NCBI GenBank assembly: GCA_039805545.1
Contig: JBDLUA010000020.1
Location: 1-55,889 of the forward strand
Reading direction: 5' to 3'
DNA from: Candidatus Parcubacteria bacterium
Lineage (GTDB): Bacteria; Patescibacteriota; Minisyncoccia; Phycocordibacterales; JAACPR01
Length of the DNA stretch: 55,889 bases
The notes beneath the pieces were generated by a model. The model searched no databases. It saw nothing but the letters and a program-made list of their open reading frames with translations, and had not been told where the DNA came from. The translations under genes were made by a program, and so were the position numbers. Positions 55,730 through 55,889 of the stretch are shown in pieces (the first letter of the stretch is position 1; each line of letters begins with the position of its first letter).

Positions 55730-55755
55730 AACTGCATTATAGCATCAGCAACGGG

Positions 55756-55862
55756 CTTGTCATCCCGGATTTAGTCCGGGATCCAGGTATGAAATAAGAA
55801 ATTATTAGCACGCCATCCTCGCGGAGGCGAGGATCCAGGATCACGATAGGTAGTAGCACGTC
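55756..55862. repeat. Second cluster of CGTC-type REP-like palindromes
   Basis: CTTGTCATCCCGGATTTAGTCCGGGATCCAGGTATGAAA and TAGCACGCCATCCTCGCGGAGGCGAGGATCCAGG, homologous to 17714-17798; a further TAGCACGTC at 55854. Confidence 0.8.
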
Positions 55863-55889
55863 TAAACCATTTCTTTGCATACCTTATTT

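Noticed and set aside
1-55889. Alternative genetic code 25 (UGA=Gly), rRNA or tRNA genes
   Set aside because: Long genes are intact under code 11 and TGA is used as a stop (e.g. tpiA/pgk ATGA overlap). No cloverleaf or rRNA-like sequence was seen in the short intergenic regions.

Overview
AT-rich bacterial chromosome segment (genetic code 11) whose gene content points to a CPR/Patescibacteria (Parcubacteria-like) organism; this is inferred from gene content only. The left half (1-28.9 kb) is mostly core and cell-surface genes: a large secreted protein (partial), an M50 protease, rpmB, a split ComEC, SOD, RNase HI, recJ, HIT, pgk, tpiA, a type IV minor-pilin cluster, UDG, a PrgI/VirB4/VirB6-like secretion cluster, rsmA, pcrA and a LysM-M23 peptidase. 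The right half (28.9-53.2 kb) is the standout. One Liv-type ABC transporter (livH, livM, livG, livF, still in canonical order) is split apart by 9 divergent LivJ/K-like binding-protein genes and 8 TrmB-family regulators. These form 8 head-to-head binding-protein/regulator modules, several with their own operator-like palindrome. The ninth binding protein heads an operon with two degenerate HemB-like paralogs and a SAM methyltransferase. This looks like a multi-ligand import-and-sense array with a possible signal-making or signal-modifying cassette. Other signals: widespread leaderless promoters, an orphan MazF-like toxin facing an antisense promoter and hairpins, CGTC-type REP-like repeats, a cUUCGg palindrome family, and a LysM-M23 gene with no canonical start codon. 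No rRNA, tRNA, CRISPR array or transposase was seen.
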